DNA of 62,892 bases, filler included, from Choristocarpus tenellus KU-1152 (taxonomy: Eukaryota; Protista; Phaeophyceae): assembly GCA_964200185.2 (NCBI GenBank). It is 9 parts of 9 records of this genome, joined end to end, with 100 filler letters (N's around TTAATTAATTAA, not from the genome) between each part and the next. Parts side by side here need not be neighbours in the genome. Positions count along the whole stretch, not along the records: positions 48,452 to 52,617 come from CAXNAD020015884.1; positions 52,718 to 59,515 come from CAXNAD020007320.1; positions 59,616 to 62,892 come from CAXNAD020021097.1; 6 more parts are not named here. The stretch is one strand, 5' to 3'. This document shows, in pieces, positions 51,365-62,892 of this stretch (its first letter is position 1; each line of letters opens with the position of its first letter). Under the pieces are notes generated by a model, which had not been told where the DNA came from, ran no database searches, and was given only the letters and a program-made list of their open reading frames with translations. The position numbers and the translations under genes are program-made.

Positions 51365-52380
51365 CTGCAGAAAGATAATGAAAATGCTCAATAACGGCAG
51401 GAGTGTTGAGTAGTGTTTTGTCACACATTTCCTTACGTGTCATTAGGAAAATAGAACAACAAAAATATATTTCTAGTCTTACAATAGTATGTCATTCATC
51501 TAGTGATACGCAATACTACTTTTAGTACTTGAAAAAATTATTACCTAACCCTACATGGCTCTACAAAGCCCTACTACTGCAGGATGCAACAATGACGGTG
51601 CCTCGTCGCAACCTGCCTGTGCATTGTGTACCGAGACTAGAGGTATTTTATGAAGGGTATTGCCAAAAGAAAAATGCCAGGGCACAACTGTACTGCAACA
51701 TGGATTTACACTTTTCAACCAAACACAAGTCAATCTTCTACTACTACTGTTCTGTTCATCAGTATTGTACTAACTAGGGGAGGAAATCCAGTAACTGCTA
51801 GGGATCTATCATCAGTCTCTACTGTTTCTACTATTGTTGCTTTACACACTTGGTAATGATAGAGACAAGTATGACTGCATAGTGTACGATACTCTGGTTG
51901 GAAATATCCGTCGGTCAGTTTGCCCTGACAGCACACGAATCTTTACGAGGACGTTTCTATCACATCCCCTCAGCTATGCACAATAGTCAGTCCACAACTT
52001 ATTGACCTATTGTCACTTGCCCGTAATGTGTTGGGAACATACCCTATAGCAATGGATACTTCCGTCAAGTTTCAATCAACCATGAAGGCATGAAGAAAAA
52101 TGATGAAGGGTGCCCAGACAGGTTATGTTGACGTCCCAATTTGTGCTCCCATTCCCAGCCTTTTCCTACCTCATCCCTCACAGCTAATCTCTATCTAGGA
52201 TTGTGACAGGGCAAGATTAACAGAACGACGCTATATGTGTGTTTGTGTGTTTGTGTGTTTGTGTGCGTATGTTTTTGGGTGTGCATGTTTGCCCTTCCTT
52301 TTCCGACAGGTCAACTCCGATTCATACCAGACTTTTTCGAACGTGGCCTACTCAAGAGGAAGTGCATTGGCAATGGTCTT

Positions 52381-52557
52381 GGGGTCAAAGTATCTGGGGG
52401 GGGGTGTCGGCGTCCCTTTTTCACCCTTTTTCGATTTTCGCCCTTTTGGTGTGATTTGGTCGCACATGTCGGATTTGAAATGTCAGCAAAAAAAGTTATT
52501 TGACCGAAAAGGACGCCCCCTCACAAACCACCCCTCCCCCCCAGCTAGTTTGACCCC
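52381..52557. mobile_element. MITE family A variant (truncated homologue at 11819-11892)
   Basis: ggggtcaaagtatctggggg...cccccagctagtttgacccc. The first ~70 bp closely match the contig end at 11819-11892. Confidence 0.7.
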
Positions 52558-52961
52558 TTGATGCTTCCCCCGTGCAATGCACTGAGATAAAAAGCAACAG
52601 TGGAGATGAGATCCCACNNNNNNNNNNNNNNNNNNNNNNNNNNNNNNNNNNNNNNNNNNNNTTAATTAATTAANNNNNNNNNNNNNNNNNNNNNNNNNNN
52701 NNNNNNNNNNNNNNNNNCCCCCCCCAGACACTTTGAGCCAATACATTTGTCCTGCCACTAACCCTAACCCTAATCCTAACCCACAGTTAAACTACACTTA
52801 TAAACACCATCATCACATCATCATTATTATTACTACCACTACTGTAACCCTGTGTTGCCTTGCTCAACCAGGTAGCATATACTAAGCAGTATCGTATACA
52901 GTCACATATCTACACTGCCCTTTGATGCAAGCATTTGTCGCACTGCATTGAACACACCTAC

Positions 52962-55900
52962 CTCTGGAGCCATCCAATAAGGGGTGCCGATCGCCGTTTG
53001 TGCCCCTGTTGCCATTGAATTGATCTTTCCCCACAGCAAATAAAGTGGGAAGAGGGAACAAAAGAGGGTATTGATGTACTTCGAGGTATCTTGAAGAATG
53101 CATAGCATACGCATCAGGCTACTGTTTGTAGCTAGTGCATCTCATGCAATGTACTTCTACACATCACTGGTGGTAGTACAGGTGCTGACCAGGAGAGCAA
53201 ATCATGCCACCAGTACCTACAACCCTCTAATGAGCTACAAGGTTTTATGGTGCTGTTATTGAAGCATTGCATGATACCAAACGCATTTTTCCCTTACTAT
53301 GGTACGCTGATGCAATTGATATGATGGACTAAGGCGGGAAGAAGCTTACTGCTTTCCACTGTCCAACATAGCTTACAAACGTCAAAGGAGTTGAGAGTCA
53401 AACTAAACAAGAGGTACCCAACCCAGAGTTACAATTTTAAGGATGCAGGCAAATATGTGCAAAATCCATCATTTTTTAGAAATGTGTGTAGGATACTTTC
53501 TTATGTGAGTCGAAAAGCTTCAAACAATAGAGAAATCAACCCTCTCAAGTCAACCTTAACACTTCATCCACAGAAAAATGGGTGAATTGCAAAAGATTGG
53601 AAAACTGGGCTATAATACAAGATAGTCCAAAACTGGGTACCTCTCATTTACTTTCCCTCTGAGACCACAAGATATTCCACACAAAACCTCCTACCTAAGA
53701 GTAGTGACATAAATCATCAAGAAACAGACTCTTGACTACTAACAACTCGACAGATTACATCGACACTTTGCCAAACACATCACTATTATTGACTTAACAT
53801 ACCACAAGCGAGTATATACTACTACTGTGGAGGAAAAACTAGGAACATTAAAAATTATTAAAATGATCAGAACGGGCGAGTTAGAGTTAAGAATGATATG
53901 AGGGAAATGAACCATCCTAATGGCTGAACGTATCTTCAATTGGTGAATATGTTACTCATAGTATTTACAGTGTAACGATTTGGTTCGTACCCTCCTTTTT
54001 TGAAGAAATAAAACCAAGGATCTCCATTCATATATCAGTAGCAATGTGCAGAGAGAATGACCCCAAATACTGAGCTTCATGATACAGAACACAATCACGG
54101 TAAATGACATCAATTCCCTTGACGAGGTCCTCGAGGTCAACGCCAAGGACACCGCCCTCACCTCCTTGGAAACTCCAAAATCTGCTAGCTTGGCTTTCCC
54201 ATCAAGTGTCAACAACACGTTTCCGGCTTTCACATCCTGCACATTCATTGCGATTCCCAGTATGCTGTTTGGTCATTTTCTCACGGACGCCAATGAAGGT
54301 TTGTAACTCGAGAAGAAAAAAATGCAACTACCAAGTAGTAATACGAAGGAACAAATTTGTAGGCATCAAGCATCAAGACCCAACTTCCTTGGCCTCCTTT
54401 TTTCTCAATTCTCAGAGAGTCAGAAGTTCCGATTTGAATGCCACTTCTATTCTTCGTGTGACTCAAGAGAAGCCCTCACAATCTATGGTCTCAGTATGGT
54501 AGACTGGAAAGCTCGGGATTCTGGTGTTCCAGGCGTATACTCTTCATGTGCAGGGGAGTCCTATCAGTTGTGCAGTGGAAGATGGAAGTTGAGTAATCTT
54601 CCTTGGGGATTGTCCAATTGGCCATGGAATAATCTTGACTGAATGACAGGTGACAAAAGTAGTACAGTTTGCTCCACCCGGAAGTTGGGAACCTTGCGCT
54701 TCAGGTTATGTGGCAGTTTGGCTCTATTCGAAGTCCTTATAAATACGTAATCCCGCACAGGGGAGTCACAAAGGATTTGGGGGGGGTTGTCTACAAGTCG
54801 ATTCATTGCCACACTGAACAAGGGATTGACAACAGTCAAGGGAGCAAATGCAATCGATAGAGAAGAGGAAGAAGGGTCTGAACCAAGCCCAAATCAATGA
54901 TTGAATGAGGGGGTTCAAGCTTAAGACGACTCAAGGCGGACAAAGAAAAGGAGCTGAGGGAGGCCATGGAGGCCCCTGACAGCCTCCAGCTGAGAAAGGG
55001 TGCAATGTTGACCCATACATGGAACCACGCCTGCTGCTCATCCTCTTCTGGGCCATTGTGGGCGTGTGTGAGCTTAGCCAGTTTCAAACTGTGACCCTTG
55101 TCACCACTCTGATGTTTGTTGGGCAGTTGAAGGTTCACAGAATCATCAATGAATGGAGAAAAAATACCTCTGGGTTCCACTGAGGGAAAGAGAGCGATAA
55201 AATCTGACAAGCCCAATGGAAGGAAGTTTAGACCTGCGCAACTTTTCCTACTCAAAGTCCGCATCTTAGACCAGGACTACAATGGCCAACAGGGGTTTAG
55301 ACGGGGTCTTCAGGACTGGATTGAGCACACCTTTGAGGTTATGCTGTCATACCAGGTTGTGGGCAAGATATTGGAGAGGCTGGAATCTGTTTGTAAAAGA
55401 GGTGGGATTGATGTTCACCCTCTAACCGAACAGCGGAAGGATCGTATTCATTGTTTCTGATTGAGTGTGCTTCTGCCCCTTTAAAAAGAGCTACAGGTAT
55501 TCAGTTCTTATGTGCATGGATGAGAGTTTGGTTCACCAATTGCATGGTTCAGTTTATTCCTACTTCAAAGTTGGCGAGGATGGGGTAGCTGGCCGTGGTA
55601 TGACCTGCAGAATGAGGAAGGGCATGAGGATGATAGTTGTCAATGCCATCACCAAGAGTGGTCAGGCCTCGCTCAACAGTAAGAATTTCCCTATTGTGGA
55701 GGGGTTTAGAGAGCAATATAAGGAGGGTAACAATAATAATATCTTTGTTGGAGAGTTTACTGAGTTGTTGTGACCTGCTAAGATTACCAAAGGGAAGTAC
55801 CATGACTCAATGAATGATGGCATGCTTATGTCTTGGTTGAACTTGTGTCTCCTGCCTACTCTCAAGACCTCGTTCCCTGGGACGAAGATGATACTGGTGC

Positions 55901-58900
55901 TTGACAATGCCTTGTTGCCACAATGGCTATGACACAGAGGTCAACAAACCTGTCTTATATCAAAACCTACAGACAGTGCCAAACCCTCTTGTAGAAGTAT
56001 GGTGTGCAAATGGTTCCTGTTGAGCAGGCTGGAGTCACTTGCAACATTGAGATCCCCCTCAGCGACCTTTCCCTTCAGAACATTTGAAGGATAGTACGAC
56101 TTGTGAGGAGACCATGGAAGCCCTCAGGATCTACGAACAAAGTCGTGACCCTGATAAACTGCAGTAGAGGTTTAAGACCTTGGTAGAGTCTGAGGTGTTC
56201 ATTTGACATGGACTCCTCAGTATACAACTTCATTCCAGCTCATTGAGTTGTTTTGGGCACATGGCAACTACTACATCAGCATGCACTACGAGCAGAAGCA
56301 TTGTTTGAACAAGGTTTGGGAGTAGATTAGGCTTGGATATTCGCATTTACCCAGTGATAAGCTTGTGGACCATGCACACAAAAAGTCGTGAATCAGTGGA
56401 TAGTGAAGAACAATGGTGTTGACAGGGACTAGTACTATTCACAACCTCATTGTTTCTCCTGGGGCAGAGAATGAGGCTCCCCTAGGGCTAGAAATTGAGG
56501 AGGATATGAATGATGATGTAGAGCAGGAGGATGATATAGAGACCCAAAGTATCTGTGGAGGGGGGGGGGTCTACACCAGGGTGTCCATTTGACCCAAAAT
56601 CGGGAAAAGCGCTTTTACACTATCCACCCGGCTTATGCAACCAAATCACCCAAAAATTGCGACATGAAACAAATATCTCCAAATGGACAGCTGCCACCAC
56701 CCCCCCAGATACTTGGAGCCAGGACAAGAGGTGAAAGGACACATGGAAACTCCTTTGGAGCTGTAAAGCAATATTCCGAGGACTTCGTAATAACAAGCCC
56801 AGGAGCACAAAGCACTTTGATACTAAAATCCTTGGCTCAGATATCAACCGATAGCAAGCTCTGGTAGGTTAGTCCCATACAGTAACATGCAGGAAGATGT
56901 ATCCCTCACACTCAGAAATACTTCAAAATAATCCCATGGCTATCCTGACAGTAATTGTTGCGTTTCTTGAGTCTTGCATAACTCCAAACTGCGCTATATA
57001 ACTCCACAATAGTGTCTGAATGTGGCATCTCTCCCAGGATAGCTGTCCCCACGTAAAACCCTACAGTATCACTGTTCATCCCACCAGTGTTAAAAAATTT
57101 CGACGTTCCAGCAATCTGAAATATCCCAAAATCTCTTACTCCTAGATTTTAAAAAAACCCAAAGAACCTCGATTCTCAACTGGCATAGTCAGATGCACAT
57201 TGCCCTCATGTTTCACCTCATGTTTCACCTCATGTTCTTTTTAATCCAATTTGAGTAAGAATTGCAATAGTTATGGTCATATGCCTACCGATTCATTCCT
57301 TTGGTAGTTCCACCGAAAATACGTCTTCATACTCACTAAACCAAATACATCATATAGTACTGTGCTAGAGTGTAGAGATTAAACATGCGGAGTATGTACC
57401 ATATACACATTATTGTAATGCATACAATGCTTTGAAGAGATTGAATAGAGCACCCATTTGATTCCCCAATCTGTACATGCGAAAACAAGTAGAACATACA
57501 TATATATATATATATCAAAGTACAAAGTACCCCGAGGTATGTGCTACACAACAGTGAACGAGATGGTGCCAAACAATGTAAGATGTACACCAACAGAACA
57601 CTCCATGAAACATATAACCAATCGATCAAACTGAGAAGACAATGTGGATTCACCGAATAACGTTGGTGTAGTGGAAGAAAAACTTTTGTCAGTCCTGAAG
57701 AGGGTATGGGAAATTGACGACATACTCCTTATCAACAAATATCGATTCGAGATTCCAGCAACTTCTCCCAGCAACAACTGAATCGTGCAGCCGATGGGTA
57801 GGGAGATCAGACCCATCTTTGCTGTCCTTCTGCAGTCGAGCACTGGTTGTTTTTGCAAGCAGATGACCTTACCTATTCCTGTTGTGCCGCCCAGTCATCA
57901 AGTGTGTCTCTCTTGCTGCTGTTTCATTCCTATCTGATGTTGACAGTCAAATACTGAGTGCTTAATTCATAATATTTTCTACATGTTACTCCCTTGTTAT
58001 ATTGGTGTGCTCTTTGCACACCAATATCCAGCAGTATCAGTAGGACAGCAAACCCTCCAACCAGGTGTGTGCGTAGAATGAACTCTGTGACACAAACCCT
58101 CACAAGACATCCCTAATCCTTGGCTTAGTACGAGGGAAACACCAAGCAAGCCTTTAAAACACTAACTACGAAATTGTTAAGTAGGGATTCAGTTTAATCT
58201 GCTCCAGGGCTAGGTCTTTTCAAGGCTACATTCAGGAGGAAACGATTGGGTCTTCATTCTGCTGCCCAGATGATGCAAGAAAGTGCGTAATATTCTAGAG
58301 TACATATGAACTACTTGGGCACACTGGGGTGATCGTGAGGAGGGGATGGGTGGGGGCGGGTTCTGCAGGGACTCTTACCCGATGTAGCTTTCTATTGCTA
58401 TGAAGATACTCCAATGCGAGCGCCATCCATACCACACACTCTTTGGTTTCCTCTTCTGACAAGGTCGCACCACATGCTTCCATGATGTCGCTGACACTGC
58501 CTCCCCCTGCATACTCCATCACCAACCATATCTCATTGTCCTGAAGGGCGGACCGCAACAACTGCTGAGCGATACGGAGCCCTGAGTTTTGGTCACGAAG
58601 GACACTTTCCAGTCCCCTACCTAAAAATTGTATCTTGGCAATCGCGTTTCATCATTGCGGAGGACTGCATGCTGACATGGTATTGGAAACGCGACAACTT
58701 TGGGCAGATCTGGGACTAAATACCCTAAAAGGTCACTTCAATAAAAGAAATTTAACCAACCCCCGATGACCTCAATGCGGTTAATTCAAGACCAGCAACC
58801 CCTTGCCTTGAGGTAGCAGTCGTGCAATCCCATAGTGTATGGACTGGTGCAACCAAGCATGATATCAACTTCATTACAGAAATTTTCAGCGTTGCTATCC

Positions 58901-59186
58901 ACAGGAATGATTTTCACGGCCACCTCCTCGTGATTATCCCGTCGTTCCGCCCGATACACCGCTCCATATGCCCTTCGGGAGAGATATAGTGAGGGCAAAT
59001 GGTTTAGCAGAACACACAGTGGTATTAATGATCCCAAAAGAGGTTGCGCAATAGAGAATCTGAATGTCTTTCCGTGCATGCACGCGGGATAGCGAGACCG
59101 AAATAAAAGTTTGGACAAGGAAAACCATGCACTTACCCCTCTCCTAGAAGTTCGAGTAGGTGAAGATGGTCCTCGGGATCTCCCAT
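52962..59186 (-). CDS. STE20-family (MST/GCK-like) Ser/Thr kinase, 3'-partial. Exons 59186-59137, 58972-58807, 58540-58379, 54236-54162, 53024-52962
   Basis: Spliced product MGDPEDHLHLLELLGEGAYGAVY...VAVK...CYLK|DNEIWLVMEYAGGGSVSD...HR|DVKAGNVLL...LADFGVS...|...IGTPYWMAPE, where GTPYWMAPE is the STE20 signature. Intron 2 is GC-AG. Confidence 0.92.
54849..56540 (+). pseudogene. Decayed Tc1/IS630-type DDE transposase with a long D-E spacer, inside kinase intron 3
   Basis: MDESLVHQLH (D at 55519), KGMRMIVVNAITKSG, KYHDSMND...W, MILVLDNA (D at 55903), WTPQY...QLIELFW (E at 56245), then an acidic tail. Multiple stops and frameshifts. Confidence 0.75.
56541..56720. mobile_element. MITE family A
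   Basis: gacccaaagtatctgtgg...ccccagatacttggagcc. The interior matches the reverse complement of 15018-15194. Confidence 0.75.
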
Positions 59187-59402
59187 TATAGTTGACTGTG
59201 TTCAATGTCAAAACAATTCAGACAATGGGAGGTATAGGTAATGCGATCGAAAACAGGAGGTACATATCTGTGATTGGCGCGTGGCTCGTCTCGCGCATTG
59301 TGTCCTTCAAATTCTCCTTCAAATTCTCCTTTCTTTCACAATTCACATTTTTATTGTTGTTTTATGATGATATAACAGCCGATTTCAAAAATTGAGGATG
59401 GG

Positions 59403-59515
59403 CTTGACCCAAAATTGACTGGGATAAAGTGTCGACATGATTTATTTTATTTTTATTTATTTTTAATCATGAAAAAATCATGTCGACACTTTATCCCTGT
59501 CAATTTTGGGTCAAG
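59403..59515. repeat. Near-perfect inverted repeat (41-bp arms, 1 mismatch, AT-rich loop) abutting the contig end
   Basis: cttgacccaaaattgactgggataaagtgtcgacatgattt ... aaatcatgtcgacactttatccctgtcaattttgggtcaag. Confidence 0.9.
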
Positions 59516-59615
59516 NNNNNNNNNNNNNNNNNNNNNNNNNNNNNNNNNNNNNNNNNNNNTTAATTAATTAANNNNNNNNNNNNNNNNNNNNNNNNNNNNN
59601 NNNNNNNNNNNNNNN

Positions 59616-60275
59616 GTTGGGGACATGGGACTTGCTGGACTGCACCCCACATCGGATAGAGATGGACTCCGCCTTCTCCCTGTCGCAACATGGGTACACG
59701 TGCCATGCAATGTGGGCGCCGCGCGCTTGCAGATTCTTCAGTACTGTGTCAGCCCAAGCTTGGTCAATGAAGTCCGGAAGGCTTATCGCTATCGGCAATT
59801 TGCCCTTGAACCGTATGTTGTTTAGAATCTTGAGCAGCATTAACCGGTGCTGCCCATTTAGGCAATAGAATATGTTGCCGGGGTCCGAAGGGTTGCGCCT
59901 CTTCCCCACCTTGTCCTTCCTCATTAGTTCCTTGGCGATGTACATCTTGATAAGCCCACTGTTGGGGAGATTCGCCGAAAGACCTTGCTCCAACATGTAG
60001 TCCCTTATCTCGGCCTCGGTCTTCCAGCGTGAACAAATGTCGAAGGACTGCGAACCTAGGATTCCCCATAACACCTCTGCTGCGGTGTTTGGATCCCTCG
60101 TCACTTTGTCCAACATTGCTGCAACTCTGGCGGCATCAAGTAGATTGGCGTTGTAATCTTGCGATAGGAACCTCGATTTGGCCAAGTAAGTTGCTTTAGC
60201 CGAACATAAGTTGAAGACACATATTTGCGTAGTCCGATGGTTCGTTTCTTCGCTGGCAGGTTTGCTCGTAGTCCT
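59616..60275 (-). CDS. Uncharacterised ORF/exon (220 stop-free codons, truncated by the linker) with a ParB/Srx/DGQHR-like motif
   Basis: The frame is open from 60275 to the linker and contains IFYCLNGQHRLMLLK (NGQHR at 59858-59844). The start or upstream exon is unresolved. Confidence 0.55.
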
Positions 60276-60598
60276 TCATGTGATGTACGGTTTCGTGAAA
60301 CATGTCATCGAAAGAGAGGAGTTTGCGGGAAACGGATTTCAGTCAAGTGTGCAGGTGGTACGTTTTGCACGATTGGGTGTTGAACATGGTGAGGTAGGGG
60401 CGATGAAATGAGCGATGTAACCGGTGTTCATCGAACGAGCAGGCACTTGAGTGGTTAGCCGTGAATGACGTGTGTTTTGGGGTGGAGTGATTTGCAAGGT
60501 GAAAGTGATGTCTATGCTGCATTGCATATGAGAACATGCTTGGTGCGAAGTTGAGGGGTGTTGCATTTTGTCCCAAAAAAAGTGATGGGCAAGAACTT

Positions 60599-61053
60599 AA
60601 AATTATGAATTGTTCAGCCGCGGAAATAAAAAGTTTCTTGATTTCCGAATCCATTTGTTTTATGTGTTTTTATTATGAGATGAATTCGGACGTCGAACGA
60701 CGCTGGTTTAAAAAAGGGGGTAGTCTATATTCGATCTGTGGTAAGAAAAAAAAACCCTGAAAATTATGAATCGTTAAACCACGGATATTAAAAGTTTCTT
60801 CATTTCCGAATCCATGTGTTTGATGTGTTTTTATTATGAGATGAATTCGAACGCCGAACGACGCTGGGTTAAAAAGGGGGGTAGTCTATATTAAATCTGT
60901 GATAGGAAAAAAAAACCCTGAAAAATATGAATCGTAAAGCCACGGAAATTAAAAGTTTATTGATTTACGAATCAATGAATTCGGATGCCGAATGACAAAG
61001 GTTTAAAACAGGGCGTAGTTTGTACTCGATCCGTGATAGGCAACAAAAAATCC
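60599..61053. repeat. Tandem array, 161-bp unit x~2.8 (units start at 60599, 60760, 60921)
   Basis: aaaattatgaat...cggaaat.aaaagttt...atgaattcg.acg.cgaacgacgctgg...aaaaccctg is repeated. The third unit has an internal deletion. Confidence 0.9.
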
Positions 61054-62892
61054 AAACGATTACTGTTGGACCATCAACTTTTACTCGAAAAAATAAACCA
61101 TGACAAGAAAAACGTGAAAGGATAATCGACAAAAGAGAAATTTGAAAGCAAAATCGACAACAGATGAATGTTTTCATCCACGTCATACGCGAAATAGAAA
61201 TGTTTGGGATGGAAAGCGTCGTTAAGGTACTTCCTTTGGCGTGCACGTCATTAGTGAGGATATCGAACGAGTCGGAGAAGAGGGAAAGGTCGTGCCAAAA
61301 ATAATGCGTGGAGGAGGAGTGCTTAGGTGCTGGGCGATGGGGGCTAGCAAGGGATGGCGGCTTTTGTCGTTGTATATAAATATGATGTCGAAAGTGAGGG
61401 AATGGTGTGGTTCAATACTTCCTAGAAATGATAACATTATGACAAAGCAGGGCATGGTGTATTTCTTCATGGACAACACGTTAAGACGGGCAGATGAATG
61501 ATCGGGGAGGTGACAAGGATTGGAAACAGGAGACATTGGTTTCTTTTCTATTGGTGAGAATAGTGAAACGAAGTTCAAAATCCCCAATGGGCAAGATGCT
61601 ATGCTTGAATGAAACGACTATTGAATGAAAAAAAAACACGGGGTGTCATCCCTATTCCTTGTTCAACAACATGTCCTAACAGGGGGGGCGAACAGCTTCA
61701 GGATCTCAGGTGGATTGGGTACGGCTACGTCGCGAGAGGTATAATGAAATGTATATTTCGCATGGGTGGCATCTACCGCTTGAAATAAATAACAATTTGG
61801 AATGGTAACAAGCGCAGGGGATAATTACCCTGTGTCTTCAACAACATGACAGAACGGGCAGTGAACTGCTACGGTAACTGACAAGGACTGCCTAAAGAGG
61901 AGTGTCGACTATTATTTTTGTGAACTCTTGAAATTGTGTCGAAAACTCGGAGAGGTTTAGGGGCAATATCTGAAAAAAAAGGGTTGCTCATTGAAAGGGC
62001 AAAAATGTAATAGGGCTCCTATTCTTCTCCACAACACTTCACAACGTAGTTAGTGAAGCGCCGCATGTACCGATGACATTTGGCTGCAGTGGAGAGTGAC
62101 TATTTAGGTACATGTAGGTAAAAGCTGGCATGGGAGTTAGGGCAACGAACATTACGGACTATGTTTGAGAGCGAGCATCCGACCTGTGCGAAAAGAAGAG
62201 GTTGGTAAGCTTTGCAGACCTACAACTTTTTCTAACAAGACTGTGATAAGTTGATCAATGTATGTGCCAGGGTCANNNNNNNNTGGACGTATAGGAAGGG
62301 ATGTATTAAACATTGTTTTCAGAAACTTTTATAATATTGACAACCACTTTGGAATTAGTGAGTAGAAGGGGGTAGAGTGGTGCACATGTGGTGGCTGGCA
62401 TAATCGACAATAACAGGGGCGCGGCTATTTTTTGGTCTCAATCATTCCAAACAATAGGGACTTCATGAGTTTGTTGACATGCGTGGTCTTCTCGAGAGTG
62501 TACATGTGGGCTAGGCTGCAAGAGTATGCCTCATTCCTTCACAAATTGTGTAAAGGAGCATGCTCTCCAAATAAGGGGTGTACCGTACACGACGTTAAAG
62601 TCATGTGTGGGGTTTGTATTTGCGATGAAGTATTCCACAAGAATAGGTTGTGTGATGATGTGTGTGTGTGTGTGCTCTGGCGGGTGCCTCCACGATTTCA
62701 TGTGCAGTCATTATTAGACTTGATGATCCATGCATTAGTTGCGGGTCTCAACGTCGAAGGTGGTGTTGTATAGAGTAGGGTTTGGAGAAGAAATATGGGG
62801 GTATGGTTAGGTCTTAACACCGCAAACAGACCCTACCGTGTTTAGGGTATTAGTAAATTCCGGTTTTCACTAAGCCCCTGGAAAAGTATGCC

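Overview
Eukaryotic, intron-rich genomic DNA, most consistent with a photosynthetic stramenopile (ochrophyte, possibly a brown alga or close relative). The evidence is GT-AG multi-exon genes, a signal-peptide + 'AF'-type plastid presequence and (CCCTAA)n repeats. The window consists of nine contigs joined by eight artificial 100-nt N/TTAATTAATTAA/N linkers, so adjacency across linkers is not guaranteed. Host genes I could assemble by hand: an orphan coiled-coil/disordered protein, an LRR protein, a ZCCHC17/pNO40-like S1 protein, a plastid-targeted ferredoxin-thioredoxin reductase variable subunit, CDC45, a divergent proteasome alpha-2 with an N-terminal leader, intronless PIG-M and a STE20/MST-type kinase with a GC-AG intron. 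Mobile DNA: two decayed chromodomain-bearing Ty3/gypsy elements (one with both LTRs), a mariner relic, a long-spacer Tc1/IS630-type transposase relic, two related MITE families and several tandem repeats. The least explained segment is the last contig, a CpG-rich uninterrupted ORF with a ParB/DGQHR-like 'NGQHRL' motif next to a 161-bp tandem array. All calls come from reading the sequence; no database searches were run.
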